This document shows, one piece after another, positions 31,949 through 41,787 of a stretch of DNA of 64,000 nucleotides; within the stretch, counting starts at the first letter, position 1; each line of letters starts with the position of its first letter. The position numbers and the translations under genes are program-made. The notes under the pieces are model-generated. The model made no database searches and was not told the DNA's origin. It saw only the letters and a program-made list of their open reading frames with translations. Origin of the DNA: Candidatus Moanibacter sp. (GTDB taxonomy: Bacteria; Verrucomicrobiota; Verrucomicrobiia; Opitutales; UBA2987); assembly GCA_965215885.1 (NCBI GenBank), contig CBDCEW010000101.1, forward strand, positions 115,569-179,568. Reading direction: 5' to 3'.

Positions 31949-32702
31949 GGATTCTGCTCGATACATGCGTGTTGTCTGAGTTACGTAAACCAGGAGGAAA
32001 CAGAAGTGTTCATGCTGCGGTTACTGAGGTAGCCAGTGAAAATCTCTTCGTCAGTGTCATTTCGGTAGGAGAAATCATAAAGGGCATCGCCCTTCTGAAT
32101 GAGGGCAAAAAGAAGCGTGAACTGCAAAGCTGGGCGCAGCATCCCTTGAACGCTATTATTCGGATCGCCTATTAGATGTAGACCTTGAGACAACGCGCAT
32201 CTGGGGTGAGATAACCGCAACTGCCCAAAAAGGCGGGAGAGTTATCCATGCCAGTGACGGCTTGATCGCCGCGACTGCGGATGACTGGCGATGAGCACAT
32301 AGACGATTGGACGGCAATCCAGATTTGACCGTCTTCAGAAGCATTCCCATCGGAGGTGCCGAAAAAGCTCTTGATGCTTTCACCGAGGTGCTGTTTGATC
32401 GTCAGCTTCCCGAAATCGAACAATTCGATCCTGCCAGCGATAAACGGTAAATCTGGGTGATCAAAGATTATGGCTGGGAGGGCAAACTGATATGGCTGAG
32501 AAACACGAAGCGCTCGGAACTGTTCGGGGTCGAGGTAATCGTCGATCACCGCCGGCAGTCTTTCGGGGTCCCCCGCTCTGGCAGGATAGAAGCTGTACCA
32601 GGGCAACGGTCTGCCCTGCGTAACGGTATGCATCTGATGACTCGCAATATTGCTGATTTCGAACCTTCCGGGGCTCTGCTGATCAATCCCTGGGAAAGGT
32701 AA
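31945..32702 (+). pseudogene. vapC: VapC PIN-domain toxin, frameshifted and interrupted
   Basis: ILLDTCVLSE...SVGEI; frameshift near 32140; DGLIAATA | LRNGMHLMTRNIADF...NPW is split by 32279-32614. Confidence 0.85.
32279..32614 (-). other. Insertion-riddled internal fragment of the IS4 transposase at about 801-1095
   Basis: Collinear exact blocks (ggcaatccagatttga, tcggaggtgccgaaaaagctcttgatgc, gattatggctgggagggcaaactg) separated by extra bases; no IS ends. Confidence 0.85.
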
Positions 32703-32803
32703 AGGGACGCGGGAGTCAGTCGATCTTCTCTTCTTTCGAATCTCAATTACGATTACGAAGGGAAGATTGAACCGGTTCCCCACTCCCATCGCTTATTAGC
32801 AAC

Positions 32804-33949
32804 TTACAGACTCAACTCGACGGCATACACCTGTGTCGTACCTGTAATATCACTGTCGTAGATACACCACTTTTCATCGGCGCTCCAGGACGGATGCGGA
32901 TGTGACCATTGCGGGCCGTAAACGGTATCCACTTTCATCTCCATCCACGATAACGCCCCCTTTTCCTTTCCAGCCCGTTCGAAGTCCTCTTTGAGCGCGT
33001 ACCTGCTGGTGCGCCACTGGCTACCTCCACAGGTCGCTCGGGGATGACATATGGTGGTCCGTTCTCCGCTGCGAAGATCCACCATCCGAAGACCGATATC
33101 GGGATCGCAGGTGTCGCAGGCAATCTTTGTTCCAGCGCGATTGGGTGCGATGTGCCACGAATTAAACTCGCTGATGGTCGAAAATGCAGATTCTGGAGGT
33201 GGGGAATCAGCCCGTTGCTCAGATAGATCCAGACGCTTGAGGGCAAAGGGCCAGTGGACCGTTACCAGATCTCCGGTGGTCCCCAGCCAGGTTTCGTGGA
33301 CGATGAATTCGTCGTTCTCGTGCTCGTAAAGGCAGACGTTTTTGCTTCCATCGCGTTGGATCAACCATATGCGGGGGGCCGGGTCCTGGGCATATTCGAT
33401 GAGGTTGTCATCCGTCGGGTGAAACTGGGGATGGATGATGGTGCGGTCGCACTTGAGTATCAGCTCGGACTCTGATCCGTCCGTTTGAACCACGGCAAGG
33501 TAGTTCTTATCTTTCCATTTCATCGCGGTGACAAGGAACCGGCCGCACGAACTCAGGCTGACCTCTCCCAGGGAGGCTCCACCCCAGTGCGCTAACGACC
33601 GCTCATTCAGGTCTTCCAGGTCCACGGCTCGCACCTCGCCCATGGTGGTGAAGATCAATTCACTACCATTGGGGGTGAGATGCCCGGAATACCCGTGCAC
33701 ACCGCCTTCGCAATCCGTGAGTTGCACAATATCACCCTTTGTAAATCTCGCTTTGTAATATTGAAATTCCCCGCTGCGGTTGGAGGTGAAGACAAGCCAT
33801 CGCATGTCGGGTGTGGTAGAGCAGGTGAGAGGATAGAGGTGGTGATTGATGCTGTCGTGAGAGGTCAATTGTAGGATGGAAGCACCCGTCCGGTCGTCTT
33901 TCAGCGCCCTCGTCTCGGTTGAATAGGTGCTTCCTTTTGTGTAGCTCAT
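32804..33949 (-). CDS. Oligogalacturonate lyase-like (TolB-like beta-propeller) protein
   Basis: QLT...HHLY, LVFTSNRSG, IVQLTD, HPQFHP, HETW, HPHPSWSAD. Confidence 0.75.
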   Translation of the reverse strand: MSYTKGSTYSTETRALKDDRTGASILQLTSHDSINHHLYPLTCSTTPDMRWLVFTSNRSGEFQYYKARFTKGDIVQLTDCEGGVHGYSGHLTPNGSELIFTTMGEVRAVDLEDLNERSLAHWGGASLGEVSLSSCGRFLVTAMKWKDKNYLAVVQTDGSESELILKCDRTIIHPQFHPTDDNLIEYAQDPAPRIWLIQRDGSKNVCLYEHENDEFIVHETWLGTTGDLVTVHWPFALKRLDLSEQRADSPPPESAFSTISEFNSWHIAPNRAGTKIACDTCDPDIGLRMVDLRSGERTTICHPRATCGGSQWRTSRYALKEDFERAGKEKGALSWMEMKVDTVYGPQWSHPHPSWSADEKWCIYDSDITGTTQVYAVELSL

Positions 33950-34261
33950 GTCAGTTCGCCTCGTGAATCGTTAGCTGCCGGATGAAAAACTGAGCGTGTA
34001 GTATGCATGATTCGAAAATATTAGAAAGCGATTTTCATTGGATGCGATACCTGATCGTGCGGCGGAGCGCCCGATCCACCACTACACGGTTGCTCGTGGT
34101 GGACCGGGCCCTCCGGGTACGGTGATCGTGATGTTTGTAGGAGAAATGATCTTGCCGCCACGGCTGAGCGAAGTCCTAATTAGAGGCATGGCGCAGTGTG
34201 GCAAGTGGAAGAACCATGATCGTCAATTTCTGCCTGAAGGATGGAAGAATCCCATTGGAAT

Positions 34262-34377
34262 GTGGGAGAGGCTTTATGCCTCGATGCGGGCTCGTTCCAT
34301 CGCGGGATAAACTCGCTCCTACAGTTGAGACTTCCAATCGAATGCCCGCCAGGGATGTAGGAGCGTCCCGCTGAGCG
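34262..34377. repeat. GTAG-REP cluster interrupted by an IS; continues at 35984-36032
   Basis: tcgcgggataaactcgctcctacagttg...ccgccagggatgtaggagcgtcccgctgagcg matches 37034-37128. Confidence 0.85.
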
Positions 34378-34391
34378 CATACGCGTAAACC

Positions 34392-34592
34392 TTATTTTCG
34401 CAACTTAGTCAGATTCAAAGACTTGCGAGGTATTTTGCGGCGGAGTATGAGGGTGTCTCTATCCTCGAGGGTCCACTCCATTTGTTCGCCCTTTTCTATT
34501 TGCTTCGTTTCGACCACAGCGGTGAGGAAATTCGCAGTTGAGCGAGTGCATTTTGGCCGGGTTATCTTCTCTACTTTTACCGTCTACCCCAT
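34392..34592 (-). pseudogene. Small AbrB/MazE-like ORF inside the IS, with TAG at codon 3
   Basis: MG*TVKVEKITRPKCTRSTANFLTAVVETKQIEKGEQMEWTLEDRDTLILRRK...*. The I-x-KGE-x-x-EW...TL-x-L pattern resembles swapped-hairpin proteins. Confidence 0.55.
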
Positions 34593-34655
34593 TTTTTTTC
34601 ACTTTGGCAGCATTTTATGCTGTACATTCGTTCATATATAGGATTTATCCTTCGG

Positions 34656-35975
34656 ATGCAAAGTATAAAAAAAGCTGATTGTATCCGTCAAACCTTCCGT
34701 AAGTTGAACCTCACAGCCCTCGCTAAACAGAGTGGTTTTAGAGAGAGGAAATCGCGCAAGATCTCCCCTCTGAACTTTGTTTTGGCTTTGCTGGCGATGG
34801 CTTCTAAGGGGGCCTTGTCCCTTGGCAAAGAAGCCGAGCTTATTGGATTCTTAGCCAACCGCACCATTTCCAGACAAGCGGTCCAAAAGTGCGCCAAAAA
34901 AGCCACCGCTTTTATGACCTTAGTGCTCCTGAGGCTTTTAGAACTTAAAGCTTATGGGCCTGTGGGCAGAGCTGTTCCAAATTGCATGAGGAGCTTTGAA
35001 CGGGTTCTCATTGCCGACAGCACTTCGATTGGCTTGCCTAAGGTCCTGGCCCCCTTCTTCCCCGGAGCGTCCAATCAGACAGGCTCCAAACAGGCTCAAC
35101 TGAAGATTCAGGCCTATTACGATCTGCGCAATGAATCCTTCGTTGACTTCAGCCTCAGTAGCTTCCGAAAAAACGATCAGGCTGCTTCCAAAGACATTCT
35201 CGCTCTCGCTCAACCCAACGACTTGATCCTGCGCGACTTAGGCTATTTTGTCCTCGATGTCTTTAAGCAACTCGATCAGCGCGGCTGCTTCTTTGTGAGT
35301 CGTTTGAAAACCGGCACTTGCCTTTTAGCCAACGAAGGCGATGAAGAGCTCGATCTACGCAAACTTTTACGTGGCCAAAAGCTTCTCGATATGCCCGTTC
35401 GGGTGGGTAAAAAAGCCAAGCTTCCGGTTCGTCTGATCGCCGTCAAACTCCCTCAGAAGGTGGCCCATAAACGCCGCCGCGAGCATAGACAAAACCGCGA
35501 CAATAGACTTCGATATACCAGCCGCACCAGCTTCCTTCTCGGTTTCCAAATCTTTATTACAAACCTCCATCAGAAAGACTTTAGCCCTAAGCAGATTCTG
35601 AGCTTTTACGGGCTTCGCTGGCGCATCGAAATTTTCTTTAAGGCCTTTAAGCAACATCTTAATCTCGGTCAGGTCAAAGAGACTACTCCCTACCAGGTTG
35701 AGCTTCTTATCTACGCCCGTCTCATCCTCATTACCCACTTACTCAACTTCGTCTATGGTCCCCTTAGACACTATTCGAATACCAGTTTGTCCTCTCCTCT
35801 GAGTATCCTTAAATTCTCCTACTGGTTTGGCTTCTTTGCTCCCTACTTCTTCATCCTCTCTCACATTCCCAAAGATCAGATCATCCCCCGATGGCTCAAA
35901 CAAATCCCCAAACACTGCACCTATGAAAAGCGTTCTCGTCTTGATTTCCTCTCTTGTTTCTTCTCCTTAGGTTAA
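34656..35975 (+). CDS. IS4-family transposase
   Basis: IADSTSIGLP, ILRDLGYF, YGLRWRIEIFFKAFKQ. Confidence 0.93.
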   Translation: MQSIKKADCIRQTFRKLNLTALAKQSGFRERKSRKISPLNFVLALLAMASKGALSLGKEAELIGFLANRTISRQAVQKCAKKATAFMTLVLLRLLELKAYGPVGRAVPNCMRSFERVLIADSTSIGLPKVLAPFFPGASNQTGSKQAQLKIQAYYDLRNESFVDFSLSSFRKNDQAASKDILALAQPNDLILRDLGYFVLDVFKQLDQRGCFFVSRLKTGTCLLANEGDEELDLRKLLRGQKLLDMPVRVGKKAKLPVRLIAVKLPQKVAHKRRREHRQNRDNRLRYTSRTSFLLGFQIFITNLHQKDFSPKQILSFYGLRWRIEIFFKAFKQHLNLGQVKETTPYQVELLIYARLILITHLLNFVYGPLRHYSNTSLSSPLSILKFSYWFGFFAPYFFILSHIPKDQIIPRWLKQIPKHCTYEKRSRLDFLSCFFSLG

Positions 35976-36070
35976 CGCAAATGCGCTCAGCGGGACCGCG
36001 ATCGAACTTTCCTGTTTCGAATTTAGATCACGATAAAGATCCACGACTGAGATATTGATCGGCTGTCTCG

Positions 36071-36898
36071 TCAATCCGCAGTTCCGCGCACTTCCTCGGA
36101 CCAGTCGCGCCACATGTCCTTCTGCGGAGGCTCGTCTGCTGTTTGCTCAATATCCTTCTTGCGAAAGTCGTAGAGGACCGCTTTGCGGATCTGTGGGGAG
36201 CGATTGTGACCGGAGGAGTGGGCGAGGCGGTGGTGCCAGAAGACTATGTCGCCTGGCCCTCCGTGGCAGTCGACTGGGGTTTGCCGGTTGAAGTGCTCGA
36301 TATGCGCATCGTAACCCTCGGCGCGCTCGTGCCGGTATTGCGAAGTGAAGGCGTGGTAGAGGGTGCGATGGCTTGTTGGCCATACCGTAAAGGCTCCTCC
36401 CCGTGGCGGCACATGGTCGATGAGACCGACGATGCCCAGGTGGAAGAACCCGGCGTCGGCGTGGCAAGTGGTAGGCCTTTCCGGGAGATCGCCTTCGGGT
36501 AGGATACCGTATATTCCGCGGATTTGGTCGGGATCGGGGGCACCCTGTCCAGGTTCTGAATGGTGCGGGTGAACGACCTCGCCCACTCCCAGGAGTTGCT
36601 CGGCCCAACCCCAGATGGGCGCATTGGTGACCAGCATCTTGATAATCCAGTCTTCGTTGCCTGGTTCGCGATATTTCCAACTGAAGCCCCCTCTGAGATT
36701 GTTACTGTCGGTCGTCTTTTCGTCTTCGCTGAAAGGACCGATCCAGGTATCGGGGTCGTCCCTCATAAAGCGTGGCGGTGCTCCGGCCCACATGCGCTCG
36801 CGGGCGCGTACCGTTAGGGAAGGGTCCATAACGCCGCGTTTTATGAGGTAGCCCTCGCGCTTGAATAAGCGGATCTCCTGCTGCGTTAGTTTGCTCAT
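36071..36898 (-). CDS. PhyH-family dioxygenase
   Basis: LFKREGYLI, CHAD, GGAFTVWPTSH, GDIVFWHHRLAH. Confidence 0.88.
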   Translation of the reverse strand: MSKLTQQEIRLFKREGYLIKRGVMDPSLTVRARERMWAGAPPRFMRDDPDTWIGPFSEDEKTTDSNNLRGGFSWKYREPGNEDWIIKMLVTNAPIWGWAEQLLGVGEVVHPHHSEPGQGAPDPDQIRGIYGILPEGDLPERPTTCHADAGFFHLGIVGLIDHVPPRGGAFTVWPTSHRTLYHAFTSQYRHERAEGYDAHIEHFNRQTPVDCHGGPGDIVFWHHRLAHSSGHNRSPQIRKAVLYDFRKKDIEQTADEPPQKDMWRDWSEEVRGTAD

Positions 36899-37033
36899 AC
36901 TTCAACTTCGACTGCAGTTTGAATTGATGTTCTACACAATGTCGACAAGGTTCGCGAGTGAGGTTCGCGACCCGTCGTCGCTCCGCTTTGCCGAGGCAGG
37001 CAAGACGACCTATGATCTGCCAAACAGAAAAGA

Positions 37034-37128
37034 TCGCGGGGTAAACCCGCTCCTACAGTTGCGATGTCCAATCGAACACCCGCCAGGGATGTAGGAGCGT
37101 CCTGCTGAGGGGGACCGCGATCGAACTT
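37034..37128. repeat. GTAG-REP inverted pair adjoining the 37129-39502 element
   Basis: tcgcggggtaaacccgctcctac...gtaggagcgtcctgctgagggggaccgcgatcgaactt. Confidence 0.85.
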
Positions 37129-39502
37129 CAGAACTCGCTATCATGCGGGTTGGCGGGCAGGGGGCAATCGCAGATACAATTCCCGGCTTTTAAGAGCTAA
37201 AGAAAACGGTAGGCTTCATCTTCGAACCATCAAATTCGAAGAAAAATGGAGAAACCTACCGTCAAAGAAGAGACCTTCTTACAGTGCATCCTTGGAGTGG
37301 ACAAGGGTAATCCCTCGATCACGGTCTATCGGGATCTGAGCGAAGGCAAACTGCACGTCTATTACGGGCATGAGCTTTTTGAAGTCGTAGAGGACGATCG
37401 GGAGCAAGTTGAATTCAAGCTATTGGTGGGGCGCCTCTACAATGCGGGGTTGAAGAAAGGGCGCTTAGAGAAGCAATTTGAGGTTGACCCCAAAACGATG
37501 AAGCGGTGGGGGGAGGCGCTTCAAAGCGGAGATGCCGAGACCTTAGCGCGAGTGCTGGCGGGACGCAGCGCTCATCGCAAATTGACGAGGGAAATCCGGA
37601 GTTTTGGGCGGGTGCGCTTCGGGCAGATCTATGGGGAGAGTCGGTATGGCTACAGCAAGAAGATACGGGGGGAGATCGAGGAGGTGTTCGGAGTTAACCT
37701 CAGTGGGGAAACTTTGCGCCCTGTCTTTAAGGAGCTTAAAGAGGCCCGGGCAAAGGAGGCCGAAGCCGAGAGGGCGCAAAATCGGGAGACTCCCTGGGAT
37801 TGCCCGGAGGACTCGGGGAGGGACGAACAGGAGCAAGAAGCAGAAAATAGCCCCGAAAGCGAAGGGGACAATCGCAAGGAGTCTCCCGATTTTTCGAGGG
37901 AGAGCTCCGAAGCGGTGCAATGGTATCGGCACCTGGGAGTACTTCTGTTCAGTGCCGCGCTCAGAGAAGTCGCTCAGATTGATCGCGAAGAGGGCTGGCT
38001 TTTGAAACAATGGGTGGCTTGCGGGTTGTTGGCCGCGGTCAATATCGAGCAGAGCAAACTGCTCGATCTCGAAGACCTGCAAAAACTCATCGGGCGAGTC
38101 CTGTATACCCCCTATCTGCAACGCCAAAGCCTTAGCGCCCTGGCCGATGAAGGGCTTTTAAGAGAGATCCTCAGAGTGAACGCGAGGGGCCTGAATGCTT
38201 CGGATGAAGAGAGCTTTTATTATGATCCGCACACCAAACATTACACCGGAATGAGCAAGGTGCTGGCGGGATGGTGTCCGGGTATCCGTCTGGCCGACAA
38301 AGCGCTCCACAGCGATTTTATTCATACCCTCAAGGGCTATCCGATCTATTTTGCGAGTACCGACAACTATGAGGATATAAGGGAACGGTTTATCCCCAAC
38401 TGCGAAGCGATGCTCGAGCTGGTGCAGTTGCCGGCTGATAAGAAGGTGAGCATTTACGTGGACCGGGCGATCGCCGCGGAGTGGTTTTACGAAGCCATCG
38501 TGGAGCATCCTCAACTCGAAATCATTACCTGGGAAAAAGGTTACAAGGCCAGCGCCCAGCCCCTCCAACGGATCGACGGGCAGTTGCGCCTGCAGCGCGC
38601 GCGCAACCATGCCGAAGATCTCCAGGAGTATCATCTTCGCTATCAGCGGGGCCCCTGGAAGAAAAATCCTCAACTGGTGCAGTGGATCGTGGAGGCGACC
38701 AATCCAAAAAATCGAACCATTACCGTGAGCATCCTGGCGACCGATCAGCAGGCCCGAAATGAAGAGGTAATCAAAGGGATGTTCAGTCGCTGGATTCAGG
38801 AGAATGACTTCAAATACCTCGATAAGCACTTTGGGATTAATCAGATCACCTCTTATCGCACCGTCCACTACAAGCGATTAGCCCAACACCTTGAGGACAA
38901 GCAGGAGAAAAGCGGTGCCGCCAAAGCCCTCCTGAAGCAAAAACAGCAATGCACCGAAGAATTGAAAAGACTGCTCCTGGCCGAGCATGCCCACCCGGGC
39001 AAAAGCGCCTCAAGGGGCGAAAAGATCCGTCGACTCGATCAGGCCCTCAAAGCCCTCCAACTCGAACTGGAGCAAATCGACACCGAATGCTCGAGGCTGC
39101 AGCGCCTCATTGATGAAAACTATGTCCGCCTGGACACCGCTAACAAGTCCCTCATGGATGCCTTGAAAATCTTCGCCCGTAACAGCTTCTACAAGCAGCT
39201 CGAACCCTTTAAAGCTCGCTACAACAACTATCGTGACGACCACGATCTGTTTCGCAATTTGACTCACAGTGACGGCGTTCTTATAGAGAGGGGCTGTGCG
39301 GTCGAAGCGCATTTATTCCCCACCGCAACTTATCCCCCTCGGGTGCAGGCGGTGGTGCTTGAGTATCTGCAAACTCTCAATGAGAAGCCCTTACTGATGC
39401 CCGACGGTTCAGGCCGAAGAATCATCTTCCGACTGGGCAAAAAATCGGGATTTAAACTTGCGATTGCATAGTGCCTTTAGAGGGGCAATATAGTGAGGTC
39501 TG
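37129..39502 (+). mobile_element. 2374-bp insertion sequence with a large atypical DDE transposase
   Basis: TIRs cagaactcgctatcatgc versus cagacctcactatattgc (14/18 match). Direct repeat AACTT at 37124-37128 and 39503-39507. Confidence 0.85.
37246..39471 (+). CDS. Putative DDE transposase, 741 aa (N-terminal HTH, C-terminal coiled coil)
   Basis: HTH-like EVDPKTMKRWG; candidate triad FYYDPH / YVDRA / SRWIQENDFK; the ORF fills the TIR-bounded element. Confidence 0.8.
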   Translation: MEKPTVKEETFLQCILGVDKGNPSITVYRDLSEGKLHVYYGHELFEVVEDDREQVEFKLLVGRLYNAGLKKGRLEKQFEVDPKTMKRWGEALQSGDAETLARVLAGRSAHRKLTREIRSFGRVRFGQIYGESRYGYSKKIRGEIEEVFGVNLSGETLRPVFKELKEARAKEAEAERAQNRETPWDCPEDSGRDEQEQEAENSPESEGDNRKESPDFSRESSEAVQWYRHLGVLLFSAALREVAQIDREEGWLLKQWVACGLLAAVNIEQSKLLDLEDLQKLIGRVLYTPYLQRQSLSALADEGLLREILRVNARGLNASDEESFYYDPHTKHYTGMSKVLAGWCPGIRLADKALHSDFIHTLKGYPIYFASTDNYEDIRERFIPNCEAMLELVQLPADKKVSIYVDRAIAAEWFYEAIVEHPQLEIITWEKGYKASAQPLQRIDGQLRLQRARNHAEDLQEYHLRYQRGPWKKNPQLVQWIVEATNPKNRTITVSILATDQQARNEEVIKGMFSRWIQENDFKYLDKHFGINQITSYRTVHYKRLAQHLEDKQEKSGAAKALLKQKQQCTEELKRLLLAEHAHPGKSASRGEKIRRLDQALKALQLELEQIDTECSRLQRLIDENYVRLDTANKSLMDALKIFARNSFYKQLEPFKARYNNYRDDHDLFRNLTHSDGVLIERGCAVEAHLFPTATYPPRVQAVVLEYLQTLNEKPLLMPDGSGRRIIFRLGKKSGFKLAIA

Positions 39503-39624
39503 AACTTACCTATTTTGCTCGTAGTCGCGTTCTTGTGTCGATCTCTCCTGTTTCGAATTTAGATCACGGCCTGCCATAAGCAGGCCAACCTGAAGCTCGA
39601 ACCCCGTCTTACTCAGTTCCCAGA

Positions 39625-40650
39625 TTACACTTCGCGATTTCGAATGAGCCTCCCCATAACGGCTCGATCAAAATTATCGGCCAGAACTTCAATGCCGTCG
39701 GCATCGGGATGACATTGGTCTTCAGCATAGCGGCCGATCAAATCCAGATCAAAAACCTCGAGCCCGTCGACGTAGATCAGGTTCTTGTCTCCCATCGCGA
39801 CGAGCCTTCGGTGCACCTCCTCCATATCCTGACGCATAGCGGCGATAGTGTAGCCGACTGCATTGGGCTCGGTCTCGTGGGGCGGATAACCCATCGGGGA
39901 GACGAGCGCCATTGGAGTATCCGGATGCTTCTCGCGGATAATCTGCACCAGCGCGACGACTGCCGCCGGGTAGGTACGTGCGTCGAGAGTGCCGCGGATT
40001 GTATTGATTCCCAGTTTAAGGGTAATGAAATCGGCCGGCACATCCCGAATTACCATTCCCACCATGGCGTCGAGGTGACACTGGCCGCCGAACCCCAGAC
40101 TGGTCAAGTGCAGGCCCCGGCGCCGGGCCACGATCGCCGGCCAGATGCGCGCGGGACTGTGGGCTCGCTTACAGTGGGTAAGCGAGCTGCCGTAGGTCAC
40201 CCATCTGGGGCTGCTGTCATTCGCGGGCCGACAGGGAGAATCGGCATCGAGCCCCAACAAAATAACCGGCGTCTCGGGCAAGAGCCAGATCTCCACCACC
40301 TTATCGCCGGCCGGCAGATCCTTGAATACCGCCCCTTCGGCGCCGGGAGCGGCTGGGGCGCTGGTAACCAATTCCCCGGCCATGGTCAGATCGAAGTGGA
40401 AGACCTCACGCCTGCATGCGGGCGGTACCTCGGGTAAGGGCAGAAAGCGCAAACGGATGCGGCGGGCAACGGTAGCAAAGCGCAGGCGCACTCCGCTGGC
40501 GGATTCGGCGCCGGCCAGGAGGCCCTCATTCGGAGAGGGAAAGAGATCCCGCCGGGAGTAGGGCAGGCGCCAGGGCTTGACCCACCCATCACCTCTTTCC
40601 AGTGAGATATGGCCCTGGAAAAATTCGTCGTCCGGTAGATAGCTTGGCAT
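39625..40650 (-). CDS. SGNH/GDSL hydrolase
   Basis: WVTYGSSLT, LGFGGQC, LKLGIN, DQCHP. Confidence 0.87.
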   Translation of the reverse strand: MPSYLPDDEFFQGHISLERGDGWVKPWRLPYSRRDLFPSPNEGLLAGAESASGVRLRFATVARRIRLRFLPLPEVPPACRREVFHFDLTMAGELVTSAPAAPGAEGAVFKDLPAGDKVVEIWLLPETPVILLGLDADSPCRPANDSSPRWVTYGSSLTHCKRAHSPARIWPAIVARRRGLHLTSLGFGGQCHLDAMVGMVIRDVPADFITLKLGINTIRGTLDARTYPAAVVALVQIIREKHPDTPMALVSPMGYPPHETEPNAVGYTIAAMRQDMEEVHRRLVAMGDKNLIYVDGLEVFDLDLIGRYAEDQCHPDADGIEVLADNFDRAVMGRLIRNREV

Positions 40651-40762
40651 TTAAGATAGTCGCAGTTGGTCCGCTGAATGGATGTAGCCTTTTCCAGGGG
40701 CGCGGATCAAACATTTTCACATACCCGATTCAAGCTTCAACGCTGCGCGGTTCCGACGGACG

Positions 40763-41770
40763 TTATCGTGGCCGGAAGCGTGCGATCGCATCGTCGGCGC
40801 GGGCGTGGTTCGCATCGATCGTTCGACCCGCATTGTGCGGGGTGTGGACGACGTTGTGCCGGCCGAGGAGCGGCGAGTCGAGGGGCACCGGCTCCTTATC
40901 GAAGACATCGGCAGCCAGGAACAGCTCGTCGTTGAGGACACGGCGGTAGAGGGCTTCAGTGTCGCAGACCCTGGCACGCGTCACCTGAACGACCAGGCTC
41001 CGGTTGGGAAGGGCGTTGATGTGCTCAGCCGTGACCAGTCCCCGCGTGCTGTCCGTGAGCGGAACCATGGGTGCGAAAATATTCGCGTCCTTGACAAGTT
41101 CCGACAGGTGAAAGCACCGCTGGACTCCGGCGATGTCAAATGAGGCGTCAGGCGCGAAGGGATCCCATACCTCCACTTGTGCCCCCATCATTGCACACCA
41201 CTTAGCGTATCGTCCACCAATATTGCCGATCCCGATGATGCGCACACGTTTGCCTCCGATCGTACCGTTGACGAAATTGACGTCGTCACCGAACTGTGAG
41301 CCACGCTGTCCCGGTTTTCCGATCTTTGGAGTGTAATTCCAGGTTTCGTGGCTTTGAATCATGGCTGTAGAGGTGTGGGGGATGCGTCGAAGCGCGCAGA
41401 TGGTCAGGCCGAGGGCGTACTCCGCTACGGTCTGGCCCCACTGAACGTCGCCGCGCGGGTGAAAAACCGTAACGCCTCTGGCCTTCGCCTCCTCGATGCC
41501 TTTCCCTGAACTATCGCCATAGCTGCCGGATGCATAGCACTCCTCCAGTGCAGTGAACGGCTCGAGATCCTGGCTTTCCGCGGGAAAGCCGAGGAGCACC
41601 AGACGCTCTACGGTGCCGGGGTTCGGGACCAATTCCGGGGCGCGGGTGTCGGGATCTTCGGTCCGGTAGAGCTCGGAGCCGCCCTCTTCTTGCCAACGCT
41701 CGTGCCAGTGGTCGGCCGTGAAAGGCCAGTGTGCGTCGTAACTCTCGTGAACACAGATTACAGATCTCAT
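40763..41770 (-). CDS. D-isomer-specific 2-hydroxyacid dehydrogenase-like protein
   Basis: TVAEYALGL, IIGIGNIG, PLTDSTRGLV, AADVFDKEP, TPHNAG. Start reassigned to ATG 41770. Confidence 0.87.
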   Translation of the reverse strand: MRSVICVHESYDAHWPFTADHWHERWQEEGGSELYRTEDPDTRAPELVPNPGTVERLVLLGFPAESQDLEPFTALEECYASGSYGDSSGKGIEEAKARGVTVFHPRGDVQWGQTVAEYALGLTICALRRIPHTSTAMIQSHETWNYTPKIGKPGQRGSQFGDDVNFVNGTIGGKRVRIIGIGNIGGRYAKWCAMMGAQVEVWDPFAPDASFDIAGVQRCFHLSELVKDANIFAPMVPLTDSTRGLVTAEHINALPNRSLVVQVTRARVCDTEALYRRVLNDELFLAADVFDKEPVPLDSPLLGRHNVVHTPHNAGRTIDANHARADDAIARFRPR

Positions 41771-41787
41771 GTCTTTGTGCCTCCGTT

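Larger units (their letters stand above)
34378..35983 (+). mobile_element. IS4-family element with CAT...ATG ends
   Basis: Imperfect TIRs (catacgcgtaaacct versus the reverse complement catttgcgttaacct). The 9-bp flanks are cgctgagcg and cgctcagcg. Lower GC than its surroundings. Confidence 0.9.

Noticed and set aside
34038..34310. 90-aa ORF before the REP cluster
   Set aside because: No motif support, and it runs into the REP sequence.
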